32,000 bases of DNA, from the NCBI RefSeq assembly GCF_000020225.1, contig NC_010655.1, positions 510,001-542,000 on the forward strand. Reading direction: 5' to 3'. This stretch comes from Akkermansia muciniphila ATCC BAA-835. Its GTDB lineage: Bacteria > Verrucomicrobiota > Verrucomicrobiia > Verrucomicrobiales > Akkermansiaceae. Within the stretch, counting starts at the first letter, position 1. Each line of letters starts with the position of its first letter. Position numbers and translations under genes: made by a program. The notes under the pieces are model-generated. The model searched no databases. It was not told where the DNA came from and worked only from the letters and a program-made list of their open reading frames with translations. Positions 24,679-32,000 of this stretch are shown here, piece by piece.

Positions 24679-25743
24679 ATGAGCTTTTTCTCTGCCCTTA
24701 CTGTTCCTGGCCTTCAACAGCATCTTTCTTTTTCCAGGGAAGATTCCGCTATCCTCAAAGGGTATGGAATTCTCTTCATGATCTTTCATCATGTCTTCGG
24801 CTTATACGCTCTGCCCGCAGGTGTGGATACGGCATGGATTGCTCCCCAGCTTACCAAAGCCGCTCCCATCTTTAAAATTTGCGTGCCCATTTTTATTTTC
24901 ATCACGGGGTACGCTATGGGATGGAAAACAAATTCATCCCCAACCTTCGGTTCCCTCATTAAAACAGGCTTTTCCCATTACTTTAAATTCTGGAAAATTT
25001 ATTTCTTATGCCTCCTTCTGGCTATTCTGGTTTCCTGGGCATTCCCCTTGCCCATTTTGCCATCCGTTGCCGACATGGGTTGGAAAAATGGCCTGCTTGT
25101 CGTAACAGGATTGAGGCCCTGTTATCCCGACTGGTGGTACATGGCTCTTTTCGCGGCAGCCACCATGGCCCTTTATCCAATCTGTGCGTGGATCACGCAT
25201 CACATTGCGCCTGTCCCGTCCATGGCAGCTCTGCTGGGAGTGTCCCTTTTATTTCAAAGTGCGGCCCACATTCCCAGCCTGCCGGGAATCGCCTCATCCT
25301 TCCCTCCTTTCCTGCCCTGCTTCATTCTCGGCTACATGTGCGCCTTTCTGGCTTCACGCCTCTCTGCTCTTTCAATTTCCCACAGCTTGGGAGCAATCCT
25401 GTTGCTGGCTCTTGAAATACTATCCATCCATCTCTTCAGTTTTTCAAAAGCCAAAACCCTGACGGTTATCTTTCTCTTCACCCTCTGGTGTCTGCCTTGG
25501 ATAACCCGGAAACTCCGCCTCACACCGCTCTTGACGCTGCTGGGAACTTATTCCGCACTTATGTGGCTGAATCACAGATTCATTTTCGGCTACCACTTCA
25601 GCTGGGACCTCTATGGAACCCAAAGCATCAGCGTAGTATTCATCGTGACGCTGGTCTCCTCCCTTCTGCTGGCCATGGCCATGCAAAAACTTTTTAACCG
25701 GATGATTCCCTCAAATCCGCAAACGCAGTCAAAAACTTTGTAG
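24679..25743 (+). CDS. Acyltransferase family 3 integral membrane protein (OafA/O-acyltransferase-like)
   Basis: About 10 predicted hydrophobic helices. N-terminal ILKGYGILFMIFHHVF motif with the conserved His, typical of acyltransferase_3. Visibly lower GC than its flanks. Confidence 0.75.
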   Translation: MSFFSALTVPGLQQHLSFSREDSAILKGYGILFMIFHHVFGLYALPAGVDTAWIAPQLTKAAPIFKICVPIFIFITGYAMGWKTNSSPTFGSLIKTGFSHYFKFWKIYFLCLLLAILVSWAFPLPILPSVADMGWKNGLLVVTGLRPCYPDWWYMALFAAATMALYPICAWITHHIAPVPSMAALLGVSLLFQSAAHIPSLPGIASSFPPFLPCFILGYMCAFLASRLSALSISHSLGAILLLALEILSIHLFSFSKAKTLTVIFLFTLWCLPWITRKLRLTPLLTLLGTYSALMWLNHRFIFGYHFSWDLYGTQSISVVFIVTLVSSLLLAMAMQKLFNRMIPSNPQTQSKTL

Positions 25744-25774
25744 CAACTTTACAAGGTCCGGATTCCAACCCCTC

Positions 25775-26407
25775 TTAATTCCAAGGGGGATCTCCGTACT
25801 TATTCTCTCCAATCCGGCTTTCCCCATGGGATAAATACCACAACAGCAGCCACCCTATGAAGGGAACGGCCAGAAAAACCAGGAAAAAGCCGCTCCTCCC
25901 GACATCATGCAGACGCCGGACCATGGTAGCCGCCAGCGGAATAGACAGCACGGCAAGCACCACGTACAGCAGAGGGGAAACCAGGTCAACCCACGGAACC
26001 AGGGACGGGAAAAAACCGCATTTTACAAAAGAGGGGGCTCCCGCCACGGCCAACCACGCAACCCCCACTCCGGAAAAAACCTCGTGCAGCTCCCCTTTCC
26101 CGGCACGGCCCTCAAAACGGCACCATGCCTTGATGACGCGCATCCAGTACTTCTTCCTGCTCCAGCCGGAGTCGGTTCCTCCAGGCTCCGGTCCGGGGTC
26201 CGGCAGAACGGAGGGCTCCCCATCATCATCCATGACAGTCATGGAGGGGATAAAAGAGGCCAGAGGCCTCCAGTCTCCGCCGGGAACCTTCCGGACCAAA
26301 GTCCGGTTGGACAGGCGGCCGAGGTTACGGGCCCGCAACAAGAGCACCAGGTCAACCGGGCCTTTGGAAGAACCGTCAATTGCCTGGTACTCGTACAGAT
26401 CGCTCAT
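25775..26407 (-). CDS. GYF_2 (DUF4339)-domain / DUF805-family inner-membrane protein
   Basis: N-terminal YEYQAIDGSSKGPVDLVLLL...TLVRKVPGGDWRPL is GYF_2-like. C-terminal FEGRAGKGE...RRLHDVGRSGFFLV...ENKYGDPP is the DUF805 signature. ATG 26407 is preferred, because the GTG 26488 start would overlap the sulfatase. Confidence 0.75.
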   Translation of the reverse strand: MSDLYEYQAIDGSSKGPVDLVLLLRARNLGRLSNRTLVRKVPGGDWRPLASFIPSMTVMDDDGEPSVLPDPGPEPGGTDSGWSRKKYWMRVIKAWCRFEGRAGKGELHEVFSGVGVAWLAVAGAPSFVKCGFFPSLVPWVDLVSPLLYVVLAVLSIPLAATMVRRLHDVGRSGFFLVFLAVPFIGWLLLWYLSHGESRIGENKYGDPPWN

Positions 26408-26415
26408 AGGGACGC

Positions 26416-28575
26416 TTACCTGGATTCCTTCCCGTGACTGAAGGCGGAGGCGGGAATCTCCTGCTTGGACAAACCGGGGCCTTCCCACTTCAAAACCAGT
26501 TTGGAGGCAGTACCGGAGTTCCCCACATAGCCGATGCGGATGGGATGAAGTCCGGCTTTCAAATAAACGGGATTCTTCCGGTCCCCCAAATCGGAGGAGA
26601 CCTCGGCCCCCGGCTCATAAGTTTTGTCCGCGTCAATCAGTTCCATGCCGTGCAGACGGACAAAAGCCTTGCTGCCCTTATTTTCATCCGTGGTCAGATA
26701 AAACGTATATGCTCCGTCCTCAGGAATCTTCACATATCCCGTCAGCTCCACACCGCGCTTGGCCGGACCGTTCATTTTCACGGATGGGGAAGGCGTCACG
26801 CCATGGGCGGAAGCAGGCTTCTTCCACTGGCGAAAATCCGGTACCCAGGGAAAATCCCCCTCATACAAGGCCCATTGCAACCCGGGAGAAACGGTTCCCT
26901 TCACATCCACGGCAGGCACCAGCGCAGAATCAAACACTGTTTTGGAAGGAAGGGAAGCCCGGCGATTGGACAAAGCGGCGGCTTTCATGCGGGCCTGAAG
27001 TTCCGGCTTGGAGGATGCGAGATCTTTGCTTTCCTGCGGATCATTCAAAGTATCAAAAATCATGAAATCCTTGTCCGCATCCTTCACCCCCATGCGCAGG
27101 CCCTTCAATCCATCCACAAAGACAATCTGCTGCTGGCCTCGCTGCGCTCCCTTGTGTTCGCCCAGGAAATCCTTATACTCCGGCGTTTTGCCGGCGAAAT
27201 TATATTCGGCATAAACAATGCCGGGCTTCTGCTGGTCCGCATGACCGGTCAGCGTCGGCAGCAGGGAAACGCCGTCACTGCGGGCAGGAACCGGCACCCC
27301 GGCGACATCCGCCAGCGTAGCCAGCCAGTCATGGAACTGTCCAAGATGCAGGCTGACCTGCCCTTTGGGAATACGGGCGGGCCAGCGTACCAGCGTAGGC
27401 ACGCGCATGCCACCTTCCCAGCAATCGCGCTTAATGCCGTCCATCATGCCATAACTCTTGAAAAACTGCGGATTTTGCGCTCCGTGCCAGTGCCTGGAGT
27501 CGGAACCGCCCTCATTGTGGGGGCCATTGTCGGACGTGAAGACGATCATCGTATTATCGTCAATCTTCAAATCTTTCAGCAGACGGATCAAATCAGCTAC
27601 GGCGTCGTCCACGCGGCGGATCATGGTGGAATGACGTTTGGCCACATCATTCGGGAAACGGGAATTGTCCGGATGAATATAGGTATCCTTATTCTTTTCC
27701 GCCCTGGCGTCAAAAGCCGTATTCACGGATTCTGTGCCTTCCTTCTTTACCCATTGCAGGCCTCCTTTCAACCCGCCGCCGGAAGGATAGGGGACCCCCG
27801 GAACCACCAGATTGCCGTGGGGCGCCGGAAAAGCCAGGTACAGGAAAAACGGCTTTCCGGTCTTGCGGGCGGACTTGCGCTGGTCCACAATCCACTGCTT
27901 GGCGCAGGCGGCAAATAAATCCGTGGAATAAGCCGTCTGGGGCACCTGGTCCTTGATATTTTTCCACTCGGGATTGGAAGCGTAACCGTTGTACTCGAAA
28001 ACGTCACGGGATTCGGAAGGATAATGGAAATGCCCTGCCAAATGGTCCAGGATACCATAAAAATAATTGAATCCCCGCTGATGGGGGCCGGCGGTCATGG
28101 GCACATGGCTCTGGCCTCCGCCGCCTACACCCCATTTGCCAATGGCGGCAGTATCATACCCGGCATCACGCATCACGGTACCCAGCGTATGGGAATCTTC
28201 AATAGGCTGGTCGAAACGGTTGTTTCTCACCACGCGGGAATTCCCCTGGTGCACCCCCAGCAGCAGGGAGGCGCGCGCCGGAGCGCAAACCGGAGCGGCG
28301 GAATAATGACGGCGCAGCTGAATCCCCTCCCGGGCCAGAGCGGACAGGGCAGGAGTCTTGAACTCGTTCTTTCTCTCCACCGTCCGGCCATTCAGCTTCT
28401 GCTGGCTCCAGTTGGAATCCAGATCACCCCAGCCCATGTCGTCCACCAGAATGAAAATAACATTGGGTTTTGAAGTTTTGACAGACCGGGCAGCCGGCTT
28501 CGCTGCCTGCCCGGAAGCGCCCATGCACGGAACCAGGGAAGTCAGAAGAACGGATAGTAAAGATACCAGCTTCAT
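26416..28575 (-). CDS. Cys-type sulfatase (arylsulfatase A family) with a C-terminal PA14-like carbohydrate-binding domain
   Basis: Signal peptide. VIFILVDDMGWGD. Formylglycine motif CAPARASLLLG. C-terminal about 150 aa are PA14-like (GYVKIPEDGAYTFYLTTDE...VYLKAGLHPIRIGY...LKWEGPG). Confidence 0.9.
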   Translation of the reverse strand: MKLVSLLSVLLTSLVPCMGASGQAAKPAARSVKTSKPNVIFILVDDMGWGDLDSNWSQQKLNGRTVERKNEFKTPALSALAREGIQLRRHYSAAPVCAPARASLLLGVHQGNSRVVRNNRFDQPIEDSHTLGTVMRDAGYDTAAIGKWGVGGGGQSHVPMTAGPHQRGFNYFYGILDHLAGHFHYPSESRDVFEYNGYASNPEWKNIKDQVPQTAYSTDLFAACAKQWIVDQRKSARKTGKPFFLYLAFPAPHGNLVVPGVPYPSGGGLKGGLQWVKKEGTESVNTAFDARAEKNKDTYIHPDNSRFPNDVAKRHSTMIRRVDDAVADLIRLLKDLKIDDNTMIVFTSDNGPHNEGGSDSRHWHGAQNPQFFKSYGMMDGIKRDCWEGGMRVPTLVRWPARIPKGQVSLHLGQFHDWLATLADVAGVPVPARSDGVSLLPTLTGHADQQKPGIVYAEYNFAGKTPEYKDFLGEHKGAQRGQQQIVFVDGLKGLRMGVKDADKDFMIFDTLNDPQESKDLASSKPELQARMKAAALSNRRASLPSKTVFDSALVPAVDVKGTVSPGLQWALYEGDFPWVPDFRQWKKPASAHGVTPSPSVKMNGPAKRGVELTGYVKIPEDGAYTFYLTTDENKGSKAFVRLHGMELIDADKTYEPGAEVSSDLGDRKNPVYLKAGLHPIRIGYVGNSGTASKLVLKWEGPGLSKQEIPASAFSHGKESR

Positions 28576-28993
28576 GATTCAAAGAAAATAGACTATAAAA
28601 AAGACGTTAAAATAAGGCGTCATCTTACATGAATTTTCTCATCCCTCAAGAAAATTACGAGGAAAGGGCACAGAGGATTGAATCGCCAGTATTATCGGCA
28701 AAAAACATCAGGGACCCAGCCTTCACAGCCGGAACAACTACAACCCGCCATACTGCACCAATGAGCGGATTTTCTGGCTGAAGCCAGGAATGGGAGAAAA
28801 TTCCTCCTGCATTCCCGGCGCCCCGGTCACCAGCCCCGCCCGGCCATGCTTTATCCTGAATAAAACGGCAGTCCCCCCGCCGGGCAGAAAATACAGAAAC
28901 CGGCGGAAACAGCAATCATAAACCGGAACGTTCCAAAATGTCCGCGCCAATTCCGGAACAGCGTTAATAACCCTGTCCGGAATAGCGAAGGCA

Positions 28994-30808
28994 TCAGAAA
29001 CGCTTCTTCCTGTCGTCCCTGCGGGAACGTTCGCCCCAGCGTTCGCCGCGGTCACTGCGGAAGCCCCCGCGGTTTCCCCTGAATCCGCTCCGGTCACTGC
29101 GGTCCCGCTCTCCGCGGTAACTGTTGCGGAATCCTCCATTGCGGCGGGAAGAGCGCGGAGTTCCGGAATATTCCGGAGCCCCCTTGTCTTCACGGACATT
29201 AACTTCATAGCCGCAGACGGTAGCCGTCGCCAGGGCCTCCAGAAGCAGGGGCGCCACGGAAGCGTCCACTTCTATCAGGGAATGCTTGGGGAAAATCCGG
29301 ATATCGCCCACGGCTCCCTTTTCCATTTCCACCGTATTGTAAAATAACCCGGCTATGTCTTTGGGCCGCAAGCCAATCATCCGGCCTCCATTCATAAACA
29401 GCGTAACCGTATCCCCCTTATGCTGCCAGGAATCACCCTTCTGCGGGCTCTCCGCCTCCTCCCCGGTCTGCGGCATACGCCGCGCCCTGCGGGCGGGCTT
29501 GTCTTCCGGAATGGGCTGCACTTCCCGGTGCGTACGTTCCCGGAGCAAGTCAAACAGGGCCGCAGCCATGGCCTCCGGCGCAGCCTCCACTTCCTTCAAT
29601 TCCTCCGGCAGCACGGCATCCGGCTTGAGACGTTCCAGGATATCATCCACCAGGGACTCTGTCCGGAGCTGGTCCACCTGAACGGCAGTCAACACAGGTT
29701 CCGGAGTCAACTTAACGCCGATGAAACGTTCAATGCGGCTCATCAGGGAAAAATCACGGCGCCCCACAAAAGTGATGGCCTTCCCCTTGCGGCCGGCGCG
29801 TGCCGTGCGGCCGATGCGGTGCACGTAATCCTCCGGATCACGCGGCAATTCAAAATTCACCACGGCATCCACATCGTCCACATCCAGGCCGCGAGCGGCA
29901 ATATCCGTCGCCACCAGAAGGCGCAGGCTCCCCTTGCGGAAGGAATCCATCACGCGCTCCCTCATCATCTGGGGCATATCCCCATGAAGGCGATCCACCG
30001 GATAACCGCGGGCCGTCAGACCGTCCACCACGTCATCCACCACCTTTTTGGTATTGGCGAACACCAGCCCCATTTTAATCTTTCCGGTGTCAAGCAGCCG
30101 GCTGAGCACCTCAATCCGGGAGGAAAACACCACCTCGTAATAAACCTGTTCAATGGTAGGCACCGTCAGCGTAGGCCGTTCAATGGAAATCTGGACGGGC
30201 TCCTTCATGAACCTGCTCACCAGGCGGCTGATTTCCGGAGACATGGTAGCGGAGAAAAACAGGGTCTGCTTCCCTTCCGGCATAGCGTCCGCGATACGTT
30301 CGATATCTTCCAGAAACCCCATATCCAGCATCTCGTCCGCTTCATCCAGAATCAACATGCGGAGACCGTCCAGCCTTAGCGCCCCGGACTCCATCAGGTC
30401 CATGACGCGTCCGGGCGTTCCCACCACAAACTGTACCCCGCGCCTCAGGGCGTCCAGTTGCGGGCGGAAAGAAGAGCCTCCGTAAATGGGGACGGCGGAA
30501 ACACCGTCCATGAACAAAGCCAGCTTGTCCACCTCCCGGCAAATCTGAACGGCCAGTTCCCGAGTAGGACAGAGGGCCAGCACCTGAACGCAGCGTTCCT
30601 CAGGATCAATGCACTCCAGGGCCGGAATGGCAAAGGCAAGCGTCTTCCCGGAGCCCGTATGGGACAACCCCACAATATCGGCCCCTCCGATCGCGGCGGG
30701 AATCGCCTGCTCCTGAATGGAGGAAGGGGTATCGAAGCCGAGCACTTCGATAGCCTCCAGAATCTCCGGTGAAATACCAAGAGCCGAAAAAGAAGATGTT
30801 TGAGTCAT
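28994..30808 (-). CDS. deaD: DEAD-box ATP-dependent RNA helicase (DeaD/CsdA-like) with a DbpA-type RNA-binding domain and an RGG/RS-rich tail
   Basis: Q motif PSSIQEQAIP, motif I SHTGSGKT, DEAD, SAT, HRIGRTARAG. C-terminus GGFRNSYRGERDRSDRSGFRGNRGGFRSDRGERWGERSRRDD. The track start at 30835 is GTG, and ATG 30808 (MTQTSSFSALGI...) is preferred. Confidence 0.93.
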   Translation of the reverse strand: MTQTSSFSALGISPEILEAIEVLGFDTPSSIQEQAIPAAIGGADIVGLSHTGSGKTLAFAIPALECIDPEERCVQVLALCPTRELAVQICREVDKLALFMDGVSAVPIYGGSSFRPQLDALRRGVQFVVGTPGRVMDLMESGALRLDGLRMLILDEADEMLDMGFLEDIERIADAMPEGKQTLFFSATMSPEISRLVSRFMKEPVQISIERPTLTVPTIEQVYYEVVFSSRIEVLSRLLDTGKIKMGLVFANTKKVVDDVVDGLTARGYPVDRLHGDMPQMMRERVMDSFRKGSLRLLVATDIAARGLDVDDVDAVVNFELPRDPEDYVHRIGRTARAGRKGKAITFVGRRDFSLMSRIERFIGVKLTPEPVLTAVQVDQLRTESLVDDILERLKPDAVLPEELKEVEAAPEAMAAALFDLLRERTHREVQPIPEDKPARRARRMPQTGEEAESPQKGDSWQHKGDTVTLFMNGGRMIGLRPKDIAGLFYNTVEMEKGAVGDIRIFPKHSLIEVDASVAPLLLEALATATVCGYEVNVREDKGAPEYSGTPRSSRRNGGFRNSYRGERDRSDRSGFRGNRGGFRSDRGERWGERSRRDDRKKRF

Positions 30809-30832
30809 GGGGGAAAAATGATCTGTCAGAGT

Positions 30833-30865
30833 CACGGGAGAAGCTGAACATTATTCCCTCCCGTG
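30833..30865 (-). promoter_or_regulatory. 8-bp stem hairpin in the putative deaD 5' leader
   Basis: CACGGGAG (30833-30840) / CTCCCGTG (30858-30865), 17-nt loop. Ends 24 nt upstream of ATG 30808 on the minus strand. Confidence 0.4.
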
Positions 30866-31027
30866 TCCAGCCAAAAGAACGGAAGATACCGTAGATGCCA
30901 CGATTTCCGCAAAGCCGCCTGCGAATAAAAAAACGGCTCTCCCCGCTTCTGGTCTTTACTGTCACACACGGGGTTGCAACTTGCAGGGGCGCATTCGCGT
31001 ATGATACAAATATTTCCCTCCGAATTC

Positions 31028-31804
31028 ATGGATAAAACGCCAAACAAATCACAGTCCTCCCTGCTGGGAATTTTCATCAACATCCTCCTCCCGGTACTGA
31101 TTCTGGACTACTGCAGCGCAGGCCCCGCCAATCCCCTGGAACGTCCGGAGGGAGAAAGTTTCTGGCATATCGGCCCGGTATGGTCTCTCGTCATCGCCCT
31201 TTCCCTCCCACTCGTCTATGGCATCCGTTCCCTGGCCGTCTCCAGGAAATTTGACCTGATGTCCGGCGTAGGCATGGCCGGCGTGCTGCTGACGGGCGTC
31301 ATCAGCATCTTCGTCATCGGGCCGGAAGGGCGCATCCACAGCGCCACACCCTGGCTGTTCGCCGGAAAAGAAGCCCTGATCCCCCTCATCCTGGCGGCGG
31401 CCGTCGTCGTCTCCCGCTCCACCGGCACCCCCCTCCTCAACATGTTCATCTACACGACGGAGTTATTCGACGTGCGCAGGATAGAACAAACGGTGGCCGC
31501 CAACGGCGAGGAACAGGCTTACCAGAGCCTGCTGGCAAACTCGTCATGGATTCTGGCGGGCACATTGGTCGCATCCTCCGTCGGCAATTTCTTCCTGAGC
31601 CTCTCTTTCATGTCCTCCGTCATACGCCAGCCGGAAGCGGAACAGCAAGTGGCCTACAATGCCGCTATCGGCAGCATCACCTGGTGGGGCTTCCTGATCA
31701 TCGGGATCCCCATTCTGGCAGCTCTTGTCTTCATCATGACCCGCCTGATTAAACAGCTCGGCAGGCTGACCGGGCTCTCACGGAACGAACTCCTTCTCAA
31801 ATAA
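31028..31804 (+). CDS. Multi-pass inner-membrane protein of unknown function (resembles YciB/VC0807-like septation-protein family; family call tentative)
   Basis: MDKTPNKSQSSLLGIFINILLPVLIL... followed by 5-6 hydrophobic segments. ATG 31028 is preferred over the upstream track start. Confidence 0.6.
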   Translation: MDKTPNKSQSSLLGIFINILLPVLILDYCSAGPANPLERPEGESFWHIGPVWSLVIALSLPLVYGIRSLAVSRKFDLMSGVGMAGVLLTGVISIFVIGPEGRIHSATPWLFAGKEALIPLILAAAVVVSRSTGTPLLNMFIYTTELFDVRRIEQTVAANGEEQAYQSLLANSSWILAGTLVASSVGNFFLSLSFMSSVIRQPEAEQQVAYNAAIGSITWWGFLIIGIPILAALVFIMTRLIKQLGRLTGLSRNELLLK

Positions 31805-31814
31805 TCCTCAAACC

Positions 31815-32000
31815 ATGCGCCTCCATACTTCATGCATCCTGGCTGCCGCCATCGCCCTTAACGCAGCGTGGGCGGACGCCCCCCGGTTCGACCGGATTTT
31901 CGGTTCCCATATGGTACTTCCCCACGGGAAAAACATTCCCGTTTCCGGCACGGCCGCCCCCAACAGGGAAATAACCGTCACTTTTGGAAACACTGCACTG
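31815..32000 (+). CDS. Sialate O-acetylesterase-like protein, N-terminal fragment (continues past the window end)
   Basis: Not in the ORF track because it is open at the window edge. ATG 31815, signal peptide MRLHTSCILAAAIALNAAWA, then FDRIFGSHMVLPHGKNIPVSGTAAPNREITVTFGN. This matches the characteristic N-terminus of SASA-type sialate O-acetylesterases (..F.dhMVLQ....pvwG.a.pg..v.v.f.g). Confidence 0.55.
   Translation, partial: MRLHTSCILAAAIALNAAWADAPRFDRIFGSHMVLPHGKNIPVSGTAAPNREITVTFGNTAL

Noticed and set aside
24511-24875. ORFs 24534-24875 (+) and 24511-24792 (-) in the acyltransferase leader.
   Set aside because: Both overlap the well-supported acyltransferase frame or its leader, have no motifs and have odd composition. 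The 24534 ORF simply reads through the leader into an alternative frame.
28655-29208. ORFs 28655-28915 (-) and 28738-29208 (-) downstream of, or overlapping, the deaD tail.
   Set aside because: The translations are low-complexity and Gly/Ala/Pro-rich. One lies out of frame over the deaD RGG-tail coding region. There is no start context or family resemblance.
1-32000. Search for CRISPR arrays, tRNA or rRNA genes, transposases, integrases, phage genes, toxin-antitoxin pairs, restriction-modification or other defence modules.
   Set aside because: I found no direct-repeat/spacer arrays, no cloverleaf-like tRNA sequences and no recombinase, nuclease or methylase motifs by reading the ORF translations and intergenic regions. 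Absence is by eye only. tRNAscan-SE, Infernal and DefenseFinder runs would be the proper check.

Overview
The window looks like a chromosomal core region of a Verrucomicrobiota genome, most consistent with Akkermansia. This is an inference from a PEP-CTERM surface protein, a Cys-type sulfatase, a sialate O-acetylesterase, moderately high GC and codon bias; no search was run. I call 30 protein-coding genes, two of them truncated by the window edges. In order they are: rlmN' - dnaB - PEP-CTERM protein - ICMT-like methyltransferase - cinA(-) - pyk - GNAT - three tandem beta-barrel OMP paralogs(-) - HAD-IB hydrolase(-) - rpsD/rpsK/rpsM(-) - queG(-) - ELM1/GtrOC1-like protein - GT4 glycosyltransferase - dprA - 560-bp structured gap - D-Ala-D-Ala carboxypeptidase - ychF - gcvT - gcvH - gcvP - acyltransferase-3 - GYF/DUF805 protein(-) - sulfatase-PA14(-) - DEAD-box helicase(-) - membrane protein - sialate O-acetylesterase'. 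I recognised no rRNA, tRNA, CRISPR array, transposase, integrase or canonical defence or toxin-antitoxin genes. Most of the window is housekeeping, and I do not see a clear multi-gene novel system. Five things are most worth a second look. (1) A C10 homopolymer lies inside the GT4 glycosyltransferase. A -1 slip truncates the protein, and a +1 slip fuses it in frame to dprA. (2) Three uncharacterised outer-membrane beta-barrel paralogs sit in tandem, and two of them share long blocks of identical DNA. (3) The 15-17 nt palindrome CGGATT-N3-AATCCG occurs three times perfectly and once degenerately, only in intergenic DNA. The degenerate copy fills the 17-nt spacer of a sigma70-like promoter. (4) The 560-bp gap contains an orphan intrinsic terminator, a 13-bp inverted repeat and a 15-nt palindrome, and may hold an sRNA or a small gene. 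(5) Ribosomal protein S11 has an acidic N-terminal extension of about 56 aa, in an rpsM-rpsK-rpsD unit that is terminated without rpoA or rplQ. The many 300-490 aa antisense ORFs in the track are codon-aligned shadows and are rejected.
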